Assembly (NCBI GenBank): GCA_044341565.1
Contig: JBIIRM010000001.1
Coordinates: forward strand, 74,527-138,526
DNA: 64,000 nucleotides
Origin: Minisyncoccia bacterium
Lineage (GTDB): Bacteria > Patescibacteriota > Minisyncoccia > SW-4-49-11
Direction: 5' to 3'
Part shown: positions 60,356 through 64,000 of the stretch, piece by piece
How the letters are laid out: each line of letters starts with the position of its first letter
How positions within the stretch are numbered: position 1 is the first letter of the stretch
The notes under the pieces: generated by a model
The model's database searches: none
The model's input: the letters and a program-made list of their open reading frames with translations, nothing else
What the model was told of the DNA's origin: nothing
Made by a program: the position numbers and the translations under genes

Positions 60356-61330
60356 ATGTTCAAAACTCAATATCATCAGGAATTACCTATCAGAATAGAC
60401 AAGTTTTTGGCGACTTTCCTCACCGATGTCTCAAGAGAATATGTACAGGATTTAATTCATAATCAATTAGTATTAAAAAATGGTAGTATTGTCAAAAAAC
60501 CAAAAGAATTAGTATCAAGGGGAGATATTATAGAGGTAAATACTATTGAGCTCAAAAAACAACATTTTGCGTCAATATCACAAGAGGAAAAAGAGAGTTT
60601 ATATAATAAAGTAAGAATTATATTCGAACATGAGGATTTCTTGATAATAGATAAGCCAGCAGGATTACTCGTACATAAAACCAATAACCCAGAATCATAT
60701 TCTCTGGTGGATATTATACTAAAGCAATACCCTGAAATACGAGGGGTACGAGACAAACACCAATCAAAAGAAGCTGAATTACAAGAGCGAGATGGTATCG
60801 TGCATCGTATAGATAAAGATACCAGTGGAATTATAATAATGGCAAGAAATCAAGAAGCATTTGAAATATTTAAACAATTATTTCAAGATAGAAAAGTATA
60901 TAAAGAATATATATGTCTTGTGAGAGGTCATTTGCGAGAGTCTCAGGGTAATATTACATACCCAATTATGAGGTCCAAATTAGATCATACCAAGCGGGTA
61001 GCAGTAGTTAATGCTAAACAATCTGGTATAAAGGAAAGAACAGCCCATACTGAATATTGGGTAGAACAGGAATATCACCAAGCAAGCTTACTCAGAGTAG
61101 TAATACATACGGGCAGAACCCATCAAATTCGCGTGCATATGAAAGCAATAGGGCATCCCATTATAGGAGATACCTTATATGGAGGTAAACTTGAAGCTCA
61201 GGATACACATTCTCTCTCACGACAATTCCTCCATGCTCACAAGATAGCGGTTATCTATAAGGGGGAGGAGTATAGCTTGGTATCAGACTTACCCTCAGAT
61301 TTACAACATTATATTGCAAAACTCAGATAA
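60356..61330 (+). CDS. RluA/RluD family pseudouridine synthase with S4 domain
   Basis: RIDKFL, DKPAGL, VHRIDKDTSG, TGRTHQIRVH, GDTLYG, QFLHA. Confidence 0.95.
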   Translation: MFKTQYHQELPIRIDKFLATFLTDVSREYVQDLIHNQLVLKNGSIVKKPKELVSRGDIIEVNTIELKKQHFASISQEEKESLYNKVRIIFEHEDFLIIDKPAGLLVHKTNNPESYSLVDIILKQYPEIRGVRDKHQSKEAELQERDGIVHRIDKDTSGIIIMARNQEAFEIFKQLFQDRKVYKEYICLVRGHLRESQGNITYPIMRSKLDHTKRVAVVNAKQSGIKERTAHTEYWVEQEYHQASLLRVVIHTGRTHQIRVHMKAIGHPIIGDTLYGGKLEAQDTHSLSRQFLHAHKIAVIYKGEEYSLVSDLPSDLQHYIAKLR

Positions 61331-61346
61331 GTAAAACTTATCCACA
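61330..61346 (+). repeat. 17-bp element containing a DnaA box, copy 2
   Basis: AGTAAAACTTATCCACA, identical to 55506-55522. Confidence 0.85.
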
Positions 61347-61403
61347 ATAATTAATATTGATAAGATATGCTATAATAATTAAGAATACATAATATAAATA
61401 CAT

Positions 61404-62810
61404 ATGCAAAGAAAATATAAAGCATTAGCAATATTCGGGATAATAGTAACACTATTGTCACCACATATAATAGTGAGAGCCCAAGAAGATAATATTGAGG
61501 GTGATGTTTTGACAGATATATCAGGTCTAGACCCCACATCTGTAAAAGAAGGTGAAATTACAAACTGTTTCGATACCTATAAATTTGGTTCAGAAGGCAT
61601 AGCTCTTACAGCGGGGTCAGAGCTTAATGAATATAAGCCATATGATTTGGTAGAAGTCTCAGGAAAAATATCAAATAACAATCCTTATCCGGTATTAGGA
61701 CTAACAGTAAGAGCTAGGGTATTGAGAAATCACCCTAACCCAGTAATACAAAGAGCATTATATACCACCGTAGATGACCTTGTGGTAGCAGATAATATAT
61801 TAATTAAAGCAAATAGTGAATATGATTTAAATTTTGCTTATAATATCTCAGGAAATGCACCAGCAGGTGAATATAAGATACAGTATTATGTATATAACCA
61901 AAATAGATTTAATTTAAATGGACTATCCTTTACTGAAGATATAGTGTCAAATATGACAGAATTTGAGGTATTGGGTGGGAATGAGCATTTATACCTAGAT
62001 AAAACTAATATCACTGTAGATGGACAGATTAATGACACTAGGGCGTTTATCACACAACATGAGCAGGGTAAAGATATACCAGTCAGATTACCATTAATTA
62101 ATCCAACAGGAAAAACTCAAGAAGTAGAGGTTAGTTATAAATTATATAAATGGGATGAGATATTGGAAAGCAATTTTATAGAAGAGCGGATTCAACAAAT
62201 AACTATAGAAGCTAATGGTAAAATAGATTTAGAATATATAGTAAAGCAGACAGAATATCCAGTGTATTATATGGTTATAGAAGCAAATCCAATAGGAGAA
62301 AATTTAAAGTCTCCTAATAACCAAGAAAAAACAATGGCACATATAAGGTTCTCAGTAGAAGGTAGTAATAGACCAAGAGTAAATTGGGTAGGATTAAATA
62401 AGAATCCATTTGAAGGTGGAGATGTTGAATTATTAACATGTGTACATAATACTGTGTTTGAGACAGATGAAGGTCCAGTAAAAGTTCAAAGTATAGCTAA
62501 GGATGAGAAAGGAAGAGAGCTAAGTAAAATAGAGTATGAAGGTGTAATGCCATCAGCAATAAGTGGAATAAAGAATAAACTCAATACAGAAAAAAAATTT
62601 AATACAGTCACAATAGAGACAAGTATATACAATGCAAGCAATGAGCTAGTAGATAATATAATCACAAATTATGATTGTAATGAAATAAGTCCAGATTTGT
62701 GTTTAGTAGAATCAAAATCTAATAATATAATAATTATAGCAGGGCTAATATTATTAGGTATATTGGGAGGATTTATAGTATATAAGAGGTATAAGAAGTT
62801 AAAGAATTAA
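61404..62810 (+). CDS. Secreted, membrane-anchored Ig-like protein (cassette protein A2)
   Basis: Shares NCFD.YKF, NNN.YP, GLSFT.D, LLTC.HNT, NYDC.E..P..C and the TM with basic tail with A1. Confidence 0.8.
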   Translation: MQRKYKALAIFGIIVTLLSPHIIVRAQEDNIEGDVLTDISGLDPTSVKEGEITNCFDTYKFGSEGIALTAGSELNEYKPYDLVEVSGKISNNNPYPVLGLTVRARVLRNHPNPVIQRALYTTVDDLVVADNILIKANSEYDLNFAYNISGNAPAGEYKIQYYVYNQNRFNLNGLSFTEDIVSNMTEFEVLGGNEHLYLDKTNITVDGQINDTRAFITQHEQGKDIPVRLPLINPTGKTQEVEVSYKLYKWDEILESNFIEERIQQITIEANGKIDLEYIVKQTEYPVYYMVIEANPIGENLKSPNNQEKTMAHIRFSVEGSNRPRVNWVGLNKNPFEGGDVELLTCVHNTVFETDEGPVKVQSIAKDEKGRELSKIEYEGVMPSAISGIKNKLNTEKKFNTVTIETSIYNASNELVDNIITNYDCNEISPDLCLVESKSNNIIIIAGLILLGILGGFIVYKRYKKLKN

Positions 62811-62814
62811 ATAT

Positions 62815-64000
62815 ATGAATATGGAAATGACTACCAAAAATATAGCAATCTCTATTATTAGTTTAATATACCTATTCTTCTTACTACCACAAAATACTTT
62901 TGCAAATAGAGTAGAACATCCGAGCGAGACAATATCAATAGTCTGTGTTATTGCATGTGACGATACTAATAATACCTTGAGAATTCCAAGTATTTCAGGA
63001 CAGATTTATGCTTCAGCTAAAACTCAAAAATTTGATATGGTTAGATCAGATAATAGTAAGAATCTAACAGATGGAGCTGAGATACCAATAGGAACAAAAT
63101 TAAAATATACCAATTATGATAAAGAACCTGCAAATGGAACATGGAACTTTACTGGGGGTACATATGATTCTCCAGATATGAATGAGCAGTGGTATCAACT
63201 TGACTTTAAAGCCAATGAAACTTATGAAGAGTGTATATGTGAACAATATAAATGTATCGAGGAGAATAAGCAGGGTGAGTGTAAAAAAAGATCTACTACT
63301 GACTGTAAAAAAGAGAAATGTACTACAAAAACTAATGACAAAACTAAACAAGCCCAAATTAAGGTATCCCCTCCATCTAATAATAAACCCGATAAAATAG
63401 AAGGTAGGGGAGCTGTAGTATGTGATAATGATAAGAGAGAGTGTACTACTACAAGCACAGGAGATGCTAGTATAACCATTACTTTTCCTAAGGCAACCGC
63501 AACTATAAAAGGCCGTTTAAAAGATGACGATGACGATAGAGAAGATACATCAGAGTTTAAATTTGATAAAGTTAGTTTTACCTATGATTTTACAGTATAT
63601 GATCCAAACACACCTCCTATTGTAAGTAATTGTGGGGCAAGCAATGTAAACTATGAAGACGGTAGAATTACATGGAATTATAGTGATGCTGATGGAGATA
63701 GACAAGCTAAAGCATATGTACAAGTATCTACCGCATCAGATTTTTCACAATTTAATTATGGAGTAAATAAAGTAATAAATAGTAATGCTACTACTCTAGA
63801 TGTGAACGGATTGATTCCTGGAACTAGATATTATTTTAGAGTCAAAGCTAATGACGGCAAAGTAGATGGAGGATGGTGTAATACTGCCTCATTTAATACT
63901 CCTTCTAACAATCCTCCTAATTTAGATAGATTAAGCTGTAGTGCAACATCAGGAGCAACAGATTATACAAGAGCTAACATAAATTGGAATTATACGGGAA
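62815..64000 (+). CDS. Secreted FN3 protein with Cys-rich head (cassette protein B2; 3' truncated, absent from the ORF track)
   Basis: Hand translation is open from 62815 to the window end: signal peptide (..LLPQNTFA), IPIGTKL, WNYSDADGD, GLIPGTRYYFRV, NNPPNLDRLSC, NINWNYTG, matching B1. Confidence 0.85.
   Translation, partial: MNMEMTTKNIAISIISLIYLFFLLPQNTFANRVEHPSETISIVCVIACDDTNNTLRIPSISGQIYASAKTQKFDMVRSDNSKNLTDGAEIPIGTKLKYTNYDKEPANGTWNFTGGTYDSPDMNEQWYQLDFKANETYEECICEQYKCIEENKQGECKKRSTTDCKKEKCTTKTNDKTKQAQIKVSPPSNNKPDKIEGRGAVVCDNDKRECTTTSTGDASITITFPKATATIKGRLKDDDDDREDTSEFKFDKVSFTYDFTVYDPNTPPIVSNCGASNVNYEDGRITWNYSDADGDRQAKAYVQVSTASDFSQFNYGVNKVINSNATTLDVNGLIPGTRYYFRVKANDGKVDGGWCNTASFNTPSNNPPNLDRLSCSATSGATDYTRANINWNYTG

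Noticed and set aside
63100-63479. Short ORFs 63100-63357, 63182-63400 and 63222-63479
   Set aside because: They are shadows of the real frame-1 gene B2 (62815 to the window end), which the ORF track missed because it has no stop in the window.
57167-64000. Diversity-generating retroelement as the source of B-head variation
   Set aside because: No reverse transcriptase and no near-identical TR/VR pair differing at adenines; B1/B2 similarity is ordinary paralogy.

Overview
AT-rich bacterial chromosome segment in genetic code 11, with nearly all genes on the + strand. It is most consistent with a Patescibacteria (CPR, Parcubacteria-like) genome: rpmD/L30 is missing between rpsE and rplO, the 16S rRNA is divergent and stands alone, and a DUF4012 protein and orphan membrane histidine kinases are present. 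Most of the window is housekeeping: pheT, rplU, dnaG-rpoD, rplKA, class Ia nrdAB, a UvrD-nuclease fusion, murB, rplJL, murJ, lepA, lemA-htpX, pyk, secE-nusG, tuf, and the S10/spc cluster to secY. The best candidate for an undescribed system is a twice-repeated two-gene surface cassette after secY (55.5 kb to the window end). Each copy has a membrane-anchored Ig-like protein A and a secreted FN3-stalk protein B whose head carries different cysteine-rich inserts, and both copies follow an identical 17-bp element containing a DnaA box. Other oddities are three orphan HQLRTP sensor kinases around an ABC-F gene, an Lgt homologue lacking catalytic residues, a DnaG zinc ribbon without ligands, an orphan gene with a switch-like leader, and largely SD-less translation starts. 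All family calls come from motif recognition by eye; no database search was run.
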